From assembly GCA_009602735.1 (NCBI GenBank), contig WELA01000805.1, positions 62,001 through 93,614 of the forward strand: 31,614 nucleotides of DNA, written 5' to 3'. Below the pieces are notes generated by a model. That model was given only the letters and a program-made list of their open reading frames with translations. It was not told the DNA's origin and did not search any database. This document shows, piece after piece, positions 1-11,600 of this stretch. Each line of letters begins with the position of its first letter. The first letter of the stretch is position 1. This DNA comes from Mesotaenium endlicherianum. Lineage: Eukaryota. The translations under genes were made by a program, and so were the position numbers.

Positions 1-224
1 CATTTGTGATCTGCTGCTCTGGCTTTCCGCCAGCGGCTACCTTCCACTTTGCCCGCCCTCTTGTGTATTTGCCTGCTACCAGCTGCTTCAATCACAGCTT
101 TGCGCCTGTTTTGTATCATGTGCGTCAGTGTCCAAGCCGGGGGAACGTTGGCAGACTTGCCATCCCGCTTGCTCATCAACGTGGATCCTCTTTCCTCACG
201 CTTTTCAGGTGTGCCATGATTTAT

Positions 225-1267
225 TGAGTCGAGGTTGACGTACAAAACCGAGCTCCACTTGTGTGAACCGTCGACCTAGGAAGACTGACTTTGCATTGAC
301 CTTACGCATCTATATGTTGACCTTTTCTAGATTTCCAACTCACCAAAGTGTATCGCGTCAAAGCATCTTCCGAATGGCACCGGTTTCGCGTCATTTGGTC
401 AAGTATCGAGCGAGATATTTGCGATCTAGTCCGCGTCACCTACCGGCCTCTAGCGGAACTTTCCCAAGGGCCAACTTGTGACTCAATGTCCCCGAAGGTG
501 ACATTGTTGGCTCTTCGTGATCCCAAGGACCCCTAGCTTTGTACTCACAAATCCGCGAGCCCCTTAGACTACATAAGTCTTGCATTTCCATAGTATAAGT
601 GCATCATTGAGGCTATAACTTGGTGCCTGCATCACCTACTCCTAGAGGAAGCTTCCTCAAGTTCCAGATTCACTTTTGAGGCACTATCTATGTAGAATCA
701 CCCAAGGTTAGCTCCACCAATGAGAGACACATAGCATATTCTACGTGCTTTGCTTTGATTGGTTTGAGTTTTGCTTAGCCTATAGGAGCGCTAGTACATG
801 CCTTGTACACATTAGTGGACGCTGGAGAGCCTTCTAGAGTGACTAGATGCATTGGATCCGCCGCATACCACGCCGGATTTCCATGAGTATAAGTACAAGA
901 GATGTCTTTAGAGAAACATCTTTTTAGAAGTCCCATTATGCCAGGTGTAAGTAGCAGAGATTATCAGTAAAGCTTACACTTTTATCTCTTGAGTTTTCAA
1001 GACCACTTAGTTACTCTCTTATGAAGAGCAAGCCCTCCTAGCTTCCAGTCACTTGATGAACTTCACAAGTGGTGAGCAAAGTCACAGCTTATACCCTTGC
1101 AGAGGACTACTCTTGAAGATCATGATGTGCTTCCAGTGATCTTTTGGGCCATACTTCATTAGTTGTATTCCTACCAGTTTAAAATTTTGAGGTGCTCACT
1201 CTGGAGAGTACACACTCCTTAATTAAAACATCTGAGACTTGACTCCCTTTTTGGCTATAAAGCCACA
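225..1267. mobile_element. Possible ~1 kb insertion (solo-LTR-like) in the hAT 5' region
   Basis: Composition differs from the TG/GCT-rich flanks. It starts TG and ends CA, with flanking 5-mers TTTAT / TGTAT (4 of 5 match). No coding motifs recognised. Confidence 0.25.
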
Positions 1268-2119
1268 TGTATTATAGACTTCATTGCAGCAAAGCCTGCT
1301 TGCTTATGATGTGTTGCTTATGCCTATGTTGCGCACTCGACCTCGTAACGCACGACAGGTGCCATGTCCTTGCCTCCCGTGCACATTGTATTCTCATGCC
1401 ACTTTTCTCCCACGTGGTAGCGTTGTATTTGTTTGTCCTCAGGCCCTGCTGGCCTATAGTTTATCTTGTGGATGGCCTGCTGTGTTTGCTTTGGCTGCGC
1501 TCCTGCTGGTAGTCTATTCTTGGCGTGCCTGCGTTCCGTCAAGCCGCCTGCTCCTTATTTTTACATGTCATTATTGTTTTTTAACTTTTGTGAAGCAGGA
1601 CTAGTTGCAAAAGAGCGAGTCGGCAGCTGCACAACAGCCCACCTCCGACACGTGCTTTAGGTGCCTTCCCTCCCCCCCTCCAAATTCACTCTTTCTTGCA
1701 CCAGCTTGTATTGTTTGATGGCCTGTTGCCTCTCCCTTTGTTCTTTTGTTGCTGTGGCAGCCTGGCCACACTGCCCGCATGTGCCCTCGACTTCTTGTTG
1801 GGGGGGGTCTTGTTTTTGTTATCGTCCCATTGCCTGCTGCCTGCTGCCTGCTGTCATCTGCGTGAGTGTGTCTATTTTGCGCGCCTTGCTTGTTTTGGTT
1901 GGGCACGGGTGGCTGCAGCATGGCTGCAGCTGCTAGCCCCTGTTTTGCTTTAGTCGGGGCTGCCTTGCTTGCCCCTGTTGTGCTTTACTCTGGGCTGGCT
2001 GGCTGCTGCAGTGCTGCAGCCGCCCGCCCCTTGCTTGCTATGGGCAAGGCGGGCTGCCAACCCCTTGCTTGTCCTTATTGTGCTTTAATCGAGGCGACCT
2101 TGCTTGCCCCTGTTGTGCT

Positions 2120-2420
2120 TGTTGTGCTTTAGTAGGGGTTGTCTGGCTGCTGCTGTGCTGCAGCCGCATGCTTTTGTTGGGGCTGTCCGATTGTTGCTGT
2201 GTTGTAGCTGCCCCGTGCATGCTTTTTTATGGCTGTTTGGCTGCTGTTGTGCTGCACCCCCTCGCTTTTGTTGGGGCTGTCTGGTTTCTGCTGTGTTGCA
2301 ATTGCCCCGTGCATGCTTTTTTATGGCTGTCTGGCTGCTGCTGTGCTGCAACCGCCCCTTGCATGCTTTTCTCGGGGCTTTCTGGCTGTTGCTGTGCTGC
2401 AGCTTCCCCTTGCTGTGCAA
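2120..2420 (+). repeat. Degenerate tandem repeat (~55-60 bp, GGCTGTCTGGCTGCTGCTGTGCTGCA...GCATGCTTTT)
   Basis: The motif recurs about five times and explains the Cys/Leu/Ala-rich spurious ORFs here. Confidence 0.75.
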
Positions 2421-2629
2421 GACTGCCCTTGCTGCGCTATTTACAACTCTTCCTTGTGGGTGTATAATATGTGAAGCAGGTCAAGTAGTAAATAGCAAAT
2501 CGGCAGCACTTGACGCTCGTCGGTGCGCGACTGTCCTCCTACACGTGCATCAGGTACTTGCCCCCCCCTCCTTCCTCTTTTGTGCACTCTCTTTTTGTGG
2601 TGGGATATGTGTCGTCGTTGATGGCTGCA

Positions 2630-3455
2630 AGCCCCGTGCTTGCTGCTGTCGGGGCTGGCTGTCAGCCCGTGCTTTCTGTTTTAGGGTTTTAGTCGGGGCG
2701 GGCTGCCAGTCCCTTGCTTGCTGTTTTAGGATTTTAGTTGGGGTTGGCTGCCGTTGTGCTTGCTCCTGTCAAGGCAGGCCAACCCTGTGCGTGCTCCTGT
2801 CGGGGTTGGCTGCCAGCCCCGTGCTTGCTGCTGTTAGGGCTGGCTGCCAGCCTGTGCTTGTTGTTTTAGGGTTTTAGTCAGGGCGGGCTGGTTGGCCCTT
2901 GCTTGCTGTTATAGGGGTTTAGTTGGGGCTGGCTGCTGTCGTGCTTACTCCTGTCGAGTCTGCCGGCCAACCCCGTGCGTGCTCTTGTTGGGGCTGGATG
3001 CCAGCCCGTGCTTGCCGTTTTAGGGTTTAGTCCGGGCGGGCTGCCAACCCCTTGCTTGCTGTTTTAGGGTTTAGTTGGGGCGGGCTGCCAGCCCCTTGCT
3101 TGTTGTTTTAGGGTTTTAGTCAGGGCGGGCTGGTTGGCCCTTGCTTGCTGTTATAGGGGTTTAGTTGGGGCTGGCTGCTGTCGTGCTTACTCCTGTCGAG
3201 TCTGCCGGCAAACCCCGTGCGTGCTCTTGTTGGGGCTGGATGCCAGCCCGTGCTTGCCGTTTTAGGGTTTAGTGAGGGCGGGCTGCCAGCCCCTTGCTTG
3301 CTGTTTTAGGATTTTAGTTGGGGCTGGCTGCTGTCGTGCTTGCTTCTATCTGGGCTGGCGGCCAACCCCGTGCGTGCTCCTGTCGAGCTGGCTGCCAGCC
3401 CTTTGCTTGCTGTTTTAGGGTTGTAGTTGGGGCGGGCTGCCTGCCCCTTGCTTGC
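2630..3455 (+). repeat. Minisatellite of ~43-bp units carrying TTTTAGGG/TTTAGG telomere-like motifs, with a 242-bp higher-order duplication
   Basis: Unit is like GCTTGCTGTTTTAGGGTTTAGTTGGGGCGGGCTGCCAGCCCCTT. The stretch ~2861-3068 recurs almost identically at ~3103-3310. Confidence 0.9.
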
Positions 3456-3675
3456 TTTTGTTGGTGTTGCATGCTCTCTTGTTTGCTTATTGTTGCTGTT
3501 TTGCTTGTTTGAATGGCATTTGAATGGCATCTTATTTGGTCTCTAACGGGTTGTTACTGTACTTCATTCTTGCAAGTTTCACGCGCATCGTGTCTCAACC
3601 ATACACTTCACCTGGAGCAACGCTTGCTGGAATGAGGGCGTCCACTGCAGCTTTAACCGCTCGTCTTCTCCCTAG

Positions 3676-5963
3676 GGCAGTTGCTGCAAAGTCTGGTCCA
3701 GAGTGGGGCCATCTGACCATCGTTGTGGAAGCCAAGTCCAAGAATTCATATCCGAAGGTGAAGTGCAACTACTGCCCCAGAGAGTTTACCGATGGAGTCA
3801 CGCGGATTCGTGGCCATTTCATGGGAGGCTGTAAGGATGTTAGTCAGAGTGAGGATGTTCCCGATGAAGTTCTAGATCTCATGATTAGCCGTAGCAACGG
3901 TATGGCTAATTCTCTATTGGAAATGCGACGTAGGAAGAGTGCCATACAAGCTGCACGAAAGCGCGTGCATGAATGGGGATGTGCAAGTGCTGGAGGGTCC
4001 CCCTCCTTCAGCAGGGAGTCGGGGCAGGCCTCTATACGTGACATGTTCCAAAAGATGAATGCTGATGCTCTTCATGAGACTGTCGCCCGCTTCTTCTATG
4101 GTGCTGGTTCATCATTCAATGTTGCTCGCAGTGACTTCTTTAGGGACATGTTGGTTGCTGTCAGTAAGTACACCCAAGAAACGGGTGTAGTGTATGTCCC
4201 AATGAAGGATAAGCCTCTCGGAAGTACCCTACTAGATAAAGAGGTGTCAAAGATAGAAGCTTGGGGGGAGAAACAAACAAAGGGACTACCACAGACGGGT
4301 TGTAGCATTGTAGCAGATGGGTGGACCGATCCATGCGGGCATTCTCTTCTTAACGTGCTTATGGTTGTGGAAGACACTGAGATGTTCATGGATGCTATCA
4401 ACACTGAGGGTGAAAGGAAAACGGGTGAGTACATTGGTAGCCATCTGCTTGCGGCCGTGGAAAAAATAGGGGCCTACTATGTCGTACAGCTTTGCACAGA
4501 CTCTGCAGCTAACATTGTAGCTAGTTATAATGTGGTTTGTGAGAAGCACCCGCACATATATTGGACGCCTTGTGCAGCTCACATTTTGCACCTGCTATTG
4601 AAAGACATATGAAAGATAAAAGAGCTTGAGGGCATAATTGATAGCTTCAAGCACTTGGTCCAGTTTGTTGCAAACCACGACATGCCTCACGCTCTTTACC
4701 GTGAGCATGGGGCAAGGCTTGAAAATAAACTAGAGTTGTTGAAGCCAGGACCCACGAGGTTTGCTAGTGTTTCCTTTGCTTGCAAAGACTCATTGTTGTG
4801 AGGGATACCTTACAAGCTATGGTGTCTGACAAAAGATGGCTCGAGTAGGCGGCAAAGAACAGTTGTGTAGGTGAGGCTACGGAGATTAGAGACCTAGTTT
4901 GCGACGATGAACTTTGGGAGCAAGTGAAGGTATGGGTTGCCGTGTGTGAGCCGATTGTGGTTCTTGTTCGACTAGTTGACTCTCCACAACCTTCTGTTGG
5001 GAAGGTCTACGCTCGCATGTGTGCCATTAAAGAGCATGTGCAGGATGTTTCAGGACTCAAACCAACACAAAGAACCCAAGTTAAGAAGGACATGAAGGCT
5101 CGCTAGGACCAGCTTCACAGCCCCCTACATTCTGCGGGTAAAAGTCTATTTTGATGTTGCTCACCTTTTCTGCTCGGCGGCTACTGTTCTCCTGCATGAT
5201 TGTTATTGTGTGCTGGTCATTATTATTGTTACTGTGCTTGCTATTGTTATTGCTCTCTTTTTTATGAAGTGCATTGTGTTGTCATATATTGAGTTTGCTC
5301 ATTGACTTTGTTTGGCTACAGGCTACTATCTGGACCCCGAGTTCCAAGACCATGAGTCTTGGGCAGTTGAGAAGTGTCTAACTAACCAATTGGTCCGACA
5401 AGCAGAATACCCTTGTTGGAGGAAGTGTGCTTGACCGAGCGTAGGTGGATCGAGAGTTGGCACTTTCCTGGCAGAGCGGTGACATTTTTGGCGATGATGT
5501 TTGCAAGGCTAATAAGACCATGATGCCTGCTCACAAGTGGTGGAAAACATACGGAAGTCATTGTCCTAATCTTCAGCTTCTTGCTATGAGAATATTGTCA
5601 CAACTTGGTTCAGTAGCTGCATGTGAGAGAAATTGGTCTGAGTACGGGTTTGTTCACAGTCCACTTTGCAATAGGCTGCTCCCTACTAGAGCAAAGAAGT
5701 TGGTGTACGTGCATTCTATGTTGAGACTTCAGGAGAAGAGTTTGGACTTCCTTGGACCAAGTGTCGGTGCGACTCTATGGGTTGCAGAAGCGGAGTTCTT
5801 GGAGACACCTGAAGAATAGGATCTCAATCATGCCATGCATGCCTCGTTGAGTGAGGAAGAGGAGATGGAGGTAGAGGAAGAGGAGGTAGAGGAAGAGGAG
5901 GTGGAGGAGCGACCTAGTGTTTTCGCTCCAATAAGAAGAAGGCCAAGAGCGATTGATCACTAG
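3676..5963 (+). pseudogene. hAT transposase pseudogene (BED zinc finger, DUF659/RNase H-like domain, hATC dimerisation domain, acidic tail)
   Basis: Motifs W..H...KCNYC...RIRGH, GCSIVADGWTD, VVQLCTDSAAN, WTPCAAH, PTRFAS, HSPLHSAG/YYLDP, WWKTYG, ACERNWS, KLVYVH. In-frame stops at 4610, 4846, 5104 and 5817 plus frameshifts. The start is set at a putative acceptor (CCTAG, 3675) and is uncertain. Confidence 0.92.
5138..5321 (+). other. GT-AG intron in the hAT transposase
   Basis: GCG G|GTAAAA ... TTGGCTACAG|GC TAC TAT CTG GAC CCC. Removing it restores the conserved HSAGYYLDP motif. Confidence 0.85.
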
Positions 5964-6135
5964 AGGTGTCGGTCAGCTAAATTGTATGTACTAGGGGTAG
6001 CATGTACGTATTAGAGAAAATGTAAGTTGAGAAAATGAATATATTTGACATCAATTTTGTTTGCCCTTAACTTCATGCAATGTTGCACTTTGTGTGAATG
6101 ATTTACATAGTATGGATTACCTTTAACCTAATATG

Positions 6136-6530
6136 CATGTTTGCTAAGAGTTTGAATCATGTTCATACTTCTTCATTAGAGCTTATTTTACTCGTTTAAG
6201 AAGTAATAATACTTCTAAGTGTTCTTATTGAATCAATTCGCTAGTTACAAAGTACAGAAAACAGGCTCTGCTAAGCGGCCCTCCCTCCCAGTGTTAGTGA
6301 GAAAAAGCGAGTACGGAAATAATTCTAAGTCAAACTTCAGTTACTCTTAAATGTGGCATTTATAAGAACTTCTAAGTTCTTACACATGCTTGCTAAGAGT
6401 TCGAATCATATTTATACCTCTTCATTGGAGCTTGTTGTACTCGATTAAGAAGTAATGATACGGCTAAATATTTTAATTTGACTAATAAAAACTTAGGAAG
6501 TACAATAAACAACTCTGTTAAGCGGCCCTC
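6136..6530 (+). repeat. Diverged direct duplication (~249-bp period) in the hAT 3' region
   Basis: CATG.TTGCTAAGAGTT.GAATCAT...TTAAGAAGTAAT at 6136 and 6385, and CTCTG.TAAGCGGCCCTCCC at ~6266 and ~6512. Confidence 0.75.
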
Positions 6531-7020
6531 CCAGCTTTGGCATAAATGAAAGTCGTCGAAATTGTACATGGAAAATATTGAGGCATTAGATGAATACAAA
6601 TTTGCATTGTCTTAAAGTACTTGTTATGAAAAACTGGTAAGTCGTCGCTTCCAGCAGCCGGTGGCGGGGGTTCTAGCCCGTCGGCTGGCTCCCTGGCCAT
6701 CCGTTTTGTACAATTACTTAACACAGTCAAAACTCTTCAACTCTAAGAAACGTGCATGGCATGTTGGGTAGAGTATATCCCTGCACCCGGTGGCGAGTGT
6801 CAAACCCGCCTGCTAACCTCCTGTTACGGACAGATTATAAATATTTTTCGCGACTTGTCGCTGCAAAGCGGACAAAGAACAGTTCCAAAATTGCTCAAAA
6901 AAAATAACTTCCCTTTTTGAACGAAATAAACAGTCTGACATGACGTGCTTCTTTTACACGTGCAGCCGACATGTAATGTTGACGTCGTAACTACTAAACG
7001 TCGACGCCGTCGTGACGTTG

Positions 7021-7123
7021 GCGTATTAGGCGTATTAAGCGAACTAGTCTATTTTTTGGAATACCGATCTAAGCGAAGTAGCGTATTAGTCGAACTAGCG
7101 TACAAGCGTACTGCGTAATCCTG
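7021..7123 (+). repeat. hAT right subterminal motifs and terminal inverted repeat
   Basis: GCGTA occurs six times (GCGTATTA three times) and CGAACTAG twice, ending CCTG at 7123. Confidence 0.7.
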
Positions 7124-7825
7124 TGTCTAAGCATCCAGAGAACAAGGGACACATCCAACGGCACGCTCATCATGAGCCAAAGCCACTACCTCAAGCAAGT
7201 CCTGAAAAAGTTTGGTATGGCAGACTGCAAAGGCCTCTCTACACCCCTCCCTATTGATGTCAAGTTCTCTACAGCAGATTGCCCCCAGACAGATGCAAAG
7301 AGAGCAAAATGGCAAATTTTCCTCACAGAGAATTAAGGCATAGGCAGTTAAATATTTGCCATGGTAGCCACCAGACCTGACCTGGCCACAGCCGTCGGCA
7401 TTCTCTCCAAGTTCATGCAGAATCCAAGCATAGTGCACTGGGAAGCACTTCAGCGCCTTCTTTGCTATGTCAAGCAGGCAGATTATGAGCTTACCTTTGT
7501 GGGCTCAAACACACTGGCGGTGCAAGGCTACTCTGATGCTAGTTATGCCAATGATGTTGACAATTGCAGAAGCACTTCAAGCTTTCTTTTTTTAGTTGCC
7601 ATCTCATGGAAGTCCAAACAGCAAAAGTTAGTCACCAGATCCTCCACAGAAGCAGAGTATGTAGCCCTTGACCTAGCAGTACAGGAGGCTATCTGGCTCA
7701 AGACTTTCCTTGCAATAACTATGCCTCCCTCAGTCTCTCCTCCCTCTTTTCTCAGACAACCAAAGTGCCCTCAAGCTCATTGACAACCCAGTACACCATG
7801 AAAGGACCAAGCACATCAATGTCGG
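7124..7825 (+). pseudogene. Ty1/copia pol remnant (RT C-terminus and RNase H), part 1
   Basis: Translates as ...GTLIMSQSHYLKQVLKKFGMADCK..TP, TRPDLATAVGILSKFMQNP..HW, GYSDASYA, ISWKSKQQ, SSTEAEY, DNQSAL, HERTKHINV, with frameshifts and a stop. Confidence 0.93.
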
Positions 7826-8083
7826 TATAGTGAAACATATAGATGAAGTAATTTGTGAAATATAATACTTTATCTATTCAAGACAAGGATCTTTGAACAC
7901 AAGTGGTAGCTTCTTGAAAGAGAGATGGCTTCTTGAAAGTTAAAATATTTCTGGATTTTGGCAAGTACAAGAGTGATTCTGGAATGTCTTTCTATGTTCT
8001 AGCTCTTGTTTATATACTTGCTAAATAAGTAATTTCTAGGAAGGTGTATGTTGATGTGTTCGCACCCAACACATCCCAAAACT
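7826..8083 (-). repeat. Gypsy 3' LTR, portion shared with the 5' LTR (may extend to ~8566)
   Basis: Ungapped match to 13474-13731 with 9 mismatches in 258 bp by my count. A candidate inner terminus ACTACA lies at 8561-8566. Confidence 0.85.
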
Positions 8084-8627
8084 AGCCTACTCCTTGATGA
8101 TAAAGAAAATTGTACAAGTTGTCCCAGAATCTGCCACAAATTCAAAAATTCATAGCGTCCACAGAACTGCTTCAAATCTGAAAATTTGAGTGCCAGACAG
8201 TCTGCGTCGGAGAACTCTACCAAGTCACAAAATTTGAGAGCATTCTAATTTCTGGAGTGTCGTTGAGAGCTGAGAGAGTAGGCACTCCTCCAAATCTGTG
8301 CAGAAAATTTTGAGAATCATAAGTCCTTCTATGCTTCTCCAAATTGTGCAAACTAAGTCTCAAACTGGGCGCTGTAAGATGTTCTACCAGAGTCTTGAGT
8401 TTCAGAGCATTCCAAGTTCAGGGGAGGGCAAAATGTTAGAAGGCATATTCTGCCCTAACAATGCCAGCAGCTTGACCCCCTTCTACTTAGAGCATCATAT
8501 CTCTCTCTCCAGTGCTCCAAATTGAGTAAAATTGGACTCTTAATGACCGGCTACTTATGGACTACAGCGAAGTAAATTTCCAGAATTTATTATGAAGAGA
8601 CCTATCGCCAGTAGCAGTTTTAGTTTT

Positions 8628-11600
8628 CTATCCAGAAACTGCGAGAAGAGAAGAGTGTCTAATGTCAATTTTCCTCTTTCTTGTTCTTGCAGGCTGCCTC
8701 CAAGGGGTCTTCTGCTGCTTCTTGATGGTGGCAGGCTGCCTCCCTGAAGTCTTTGGGCTTCTAGTAGAGAGACTTGGGGTTGGTCCAAGATGGGGGTTGG
8801 CGGCATGGAAGCGCTTCAACTTTCTCTGAACTTTGTCAAGGTAGTGCGCCGCCACCCAACTATTCTCCGAATCTGGATATCCTTTCCACTCGATCAAGTA
8901 TTGCTGCTGTCTCCTGAAATTTCTCATAGCCATCATGTCTTCCACTTTGTACTCCAAATGATCATCCACTATTGTTGGGGCTGGTGGGGTTGTCACATGT
9001 CCTGGGAACTTTTTGTCGGGTTGCACATATGGCTTGAAGAGGGAAGCGTGGAATACGGGGCCGATGTGCATAATCTGGGGAAGTTCTAGCTTGAAAGCAA
9101 CGAGGTTGACTTGCTGGATGATCTTGAAGGGTCCCAAATACTTGGGAGAGAACTTGCTGCCGGCAGGTCTGTTGTTATTCTTGGATGATAGTAACACGTT
9201 GTCACCCACTCTGTACGTAATTTCTCTTCTAAACCTGTTTGCCACTCTTGCTTGAGCATCTTGCGCCTGTTGTAGAGCTTTCTTCGCGGCTGTAAGGGCT
9301 GCTTTGAATGTCTCCATAAAATCTGTTGCTGCAGGTACTTCATCATGGCCAACCGTGAAGCTCAGCGGCGTGGTTGGATGGAAGCCATAGTTGACGAAGA
9401 ATGGGGACTCTTGGATAGAGGCCTGCGTTGTGTTGTTGTAGGCAAACTCCAGGGGGGTCAAGTACATGTCCCAATCTTGCTCCAGAGTAGACACGTAGGC
9501 CTTTAGAGAGGGCTTTAGGGTACGATTCATACGCTCGGTTCGCCCATCTGATTGTGGGTGGTAGGCGGTAGACATATCCAGCGATGTACCCAAGTTCTTG
9601 AAGAGATCTTTCCAGAAATGACTTGTGAATCTTGGGTCTCTATCTGACACAATTCTTGATGGTAGTCGATGGAGTCGGAAGATGTTGTCAAAGATGAGTC
9701 TTGCAAGTTGTGGTGCTGTAGCCTTAGTCGTCGTGGAAATAAAATGAGCCATCTTAGTAAGTCTGTCCACCACCGTGAGTATTGCATTATGGCCTCGAGG
9801 TGTCACGGGCAAGTCCACGATAAGGTCCATTGAGATGTCCGTCCATTGTCTTTCGGGGATTGGTAGTGGTTGGAGGAGTCCTCCCGCCTTTTGCGATGAT
9901 GGCTTGATTCTTTGGCATGTGTCACAGCTCCTGCAGTACTCCTTGACTTGCTTAGACATGCCTGGCCAACAATAAGTCCTAGCTAGAACGCCCGTGGTCC
10001 TTAGGATTCCAAAGTGTCCTCCAAGAAGGTTGTCGTGTGCTTCTCTTAGAAGCAAGAGCCGGAGGTCTAAGTCATTAGGAACACATCTCTGGCCCGTGTC
10101 TTGCCTCACCCAATAATTGCCTTCTTGCTTCTTGCATGGGTCCAAGGCTGCTTCTCCGTTCTTGTAGTAAGGGTCTCTTTCATAGGCGGCTGAAAATCGA
10201 GCTTCCAGATCTGTCTTCAGGGATACCATCACTGCATTTAATTGCAGTCTTGAGAGGGGGTCAGCCGGGTTTGTCTTGCCGGGCTGGTACTGAATCGTGA
10301 TGTTGTATTGTTGCAAGTATCCGCTCCATCTTGCTTGTCTCCTTGAGAGATACGGCTGCGTTTGGAGGTGCTTTAACGCCTCGTGGTCCGTGGTGACCAG
10401 TACTTTGCGTCCTTCAACGTAGCAGCGCCAAACCTTCAAGGCATGTACAATCGCCAATGCCTCTCGCTCCGTGGTTGTATAATTTTGCTCGGCTGGATTT
10501 AGCTTCCTTGACTCGTAGGCGATGGGCTGCAGTCCCTTGCCTTGGTCTTGAAGCAGGATTGCTCCTATTGCATAGGAAGATGCATCGGTGATGACGTGGA
10601 AGGGCCAATCTGGGTTTGGACTTGGGAGTGTGAGCACCGGGGATGTGGTCAATCTTCGCTTTAACTCTTGAAATGCCTCTTCCTCTTTCTCGGTCCATGT
10701 ATATAGCCTGTCCTTCTTGAGTAGATCTGTCAGGGGGGCTGCTATGTGCGAGAAGCCTTGGATGAATTTTCTGTACCAATTGGCAAATCCCAAGAATGAC
10801 TGGAGTTCTTTCTTGGTCGTGGGGGTTGGCCATTCCTCCACCACCGTGGTCTTCTTGGGGTCTATCTTGATGCCATCAGCAGTCACGTGGAGACCTAGGA
10901 ACTCCACTTCTTGTTTGGCAAACTCGCATTTTGACTCCTTCGCAAACAGCTTGTTTTGCTTCAATACTTCAAGGACTTCTTTCAAGTGTCTCGCATGCTC
11001 TTCAAGGGTCTTGCTGTAGATAAGGATGTCATCAATGAATACCACCACAAATCTGTCCAACATGGGCTGAAATATGGTGTTCATCATAGTCATGAAAGTT
11101 GCTGGCGCGTTGGTGAGTCCAAATGGCAGGACCATGAACTCAAAATGTCCATATCTTGTCCTGAATGCCGTCTTCTCTATGTCCGCGTCTGCGATGCGAA
11201 CCTGGTGGTAGCCGCTCCGGAAGTCAATCTTCGTGAAGTACTTGGCTCCAACCAACCGGTCCATGAGCTCATCCATGCGCGGCAGCGGGTATCGATTCTT
11301 GATGGTGATCTTGTTGAGGGCGCGATAGTCCACACACATCCTCAAGGTACCATCTTTCTTCTTGACAAATAGCACCGGGGCTCCAAATGGCGACTTGCTA
11401 GGTCGAATGAAGCCATGCTCCAGTAGCTCCTTGATTTGCTTCTTGACTTCGTCTAGCTCCGTGTATGACATTTTGAACGTAGGCCGAGAGATGGGCTTGC
11501 TTCCGGGCTCCAACTCTATCTTGTGGTCTACGAATCTTTTGGGGGGTAGGCCCTTGGGCAATTCCGGGGAGAACACTTCTTTGTAGTCCTCAAAGACTTC

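Larger units (their letters stand above)
1..7123 (+). mobile_element. hAT-superfamily DNA transposon, partial (left end outside window)
   Basis: Contains a hAT transposase pseudogene. It ends in clustered GCGTA subterminal motifs (7021-7117) and ...GCGTAATCCTG (reverse complement CAGGATTACGC, a hAT-like terminus), followed abruptly by copia RT codons at 7124. The left boundary is not seen, so extension to base 1 is assumed. Confidence 0.7.

Noticed and set aside
1267..2877. Cys/Leu/Ala-rich ORFs (up to 257 aa)
   Set aside because: They are by-products of TGC/GCT-rich tandem repeats, open in several frames on both strands.
2630..3455. True telomere or CRISPR array
   Set aside because: The telomere motifs are isolated 1-2 unit cores within longer repeats, and the intervening sequences are themselves repetitive, not unique spacers. 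No cas genes.
6650..6700. tRNA-like 3' half (GGTTCTAGCCCG)
   Set aside because: No D-arm, anticodon arm or matching acceptor stem could be built. It is only an imperfect GC-rich hairpin.
8660..8690. Purine tract AAGAAAGAGGAAAA (minus strand) as the gypsy PPT
   Set aside because: It is followed by TGACAT rather than the TGTAGT terminus of the 5' LTR and lies inside the pol tail, so it could not be assigned.
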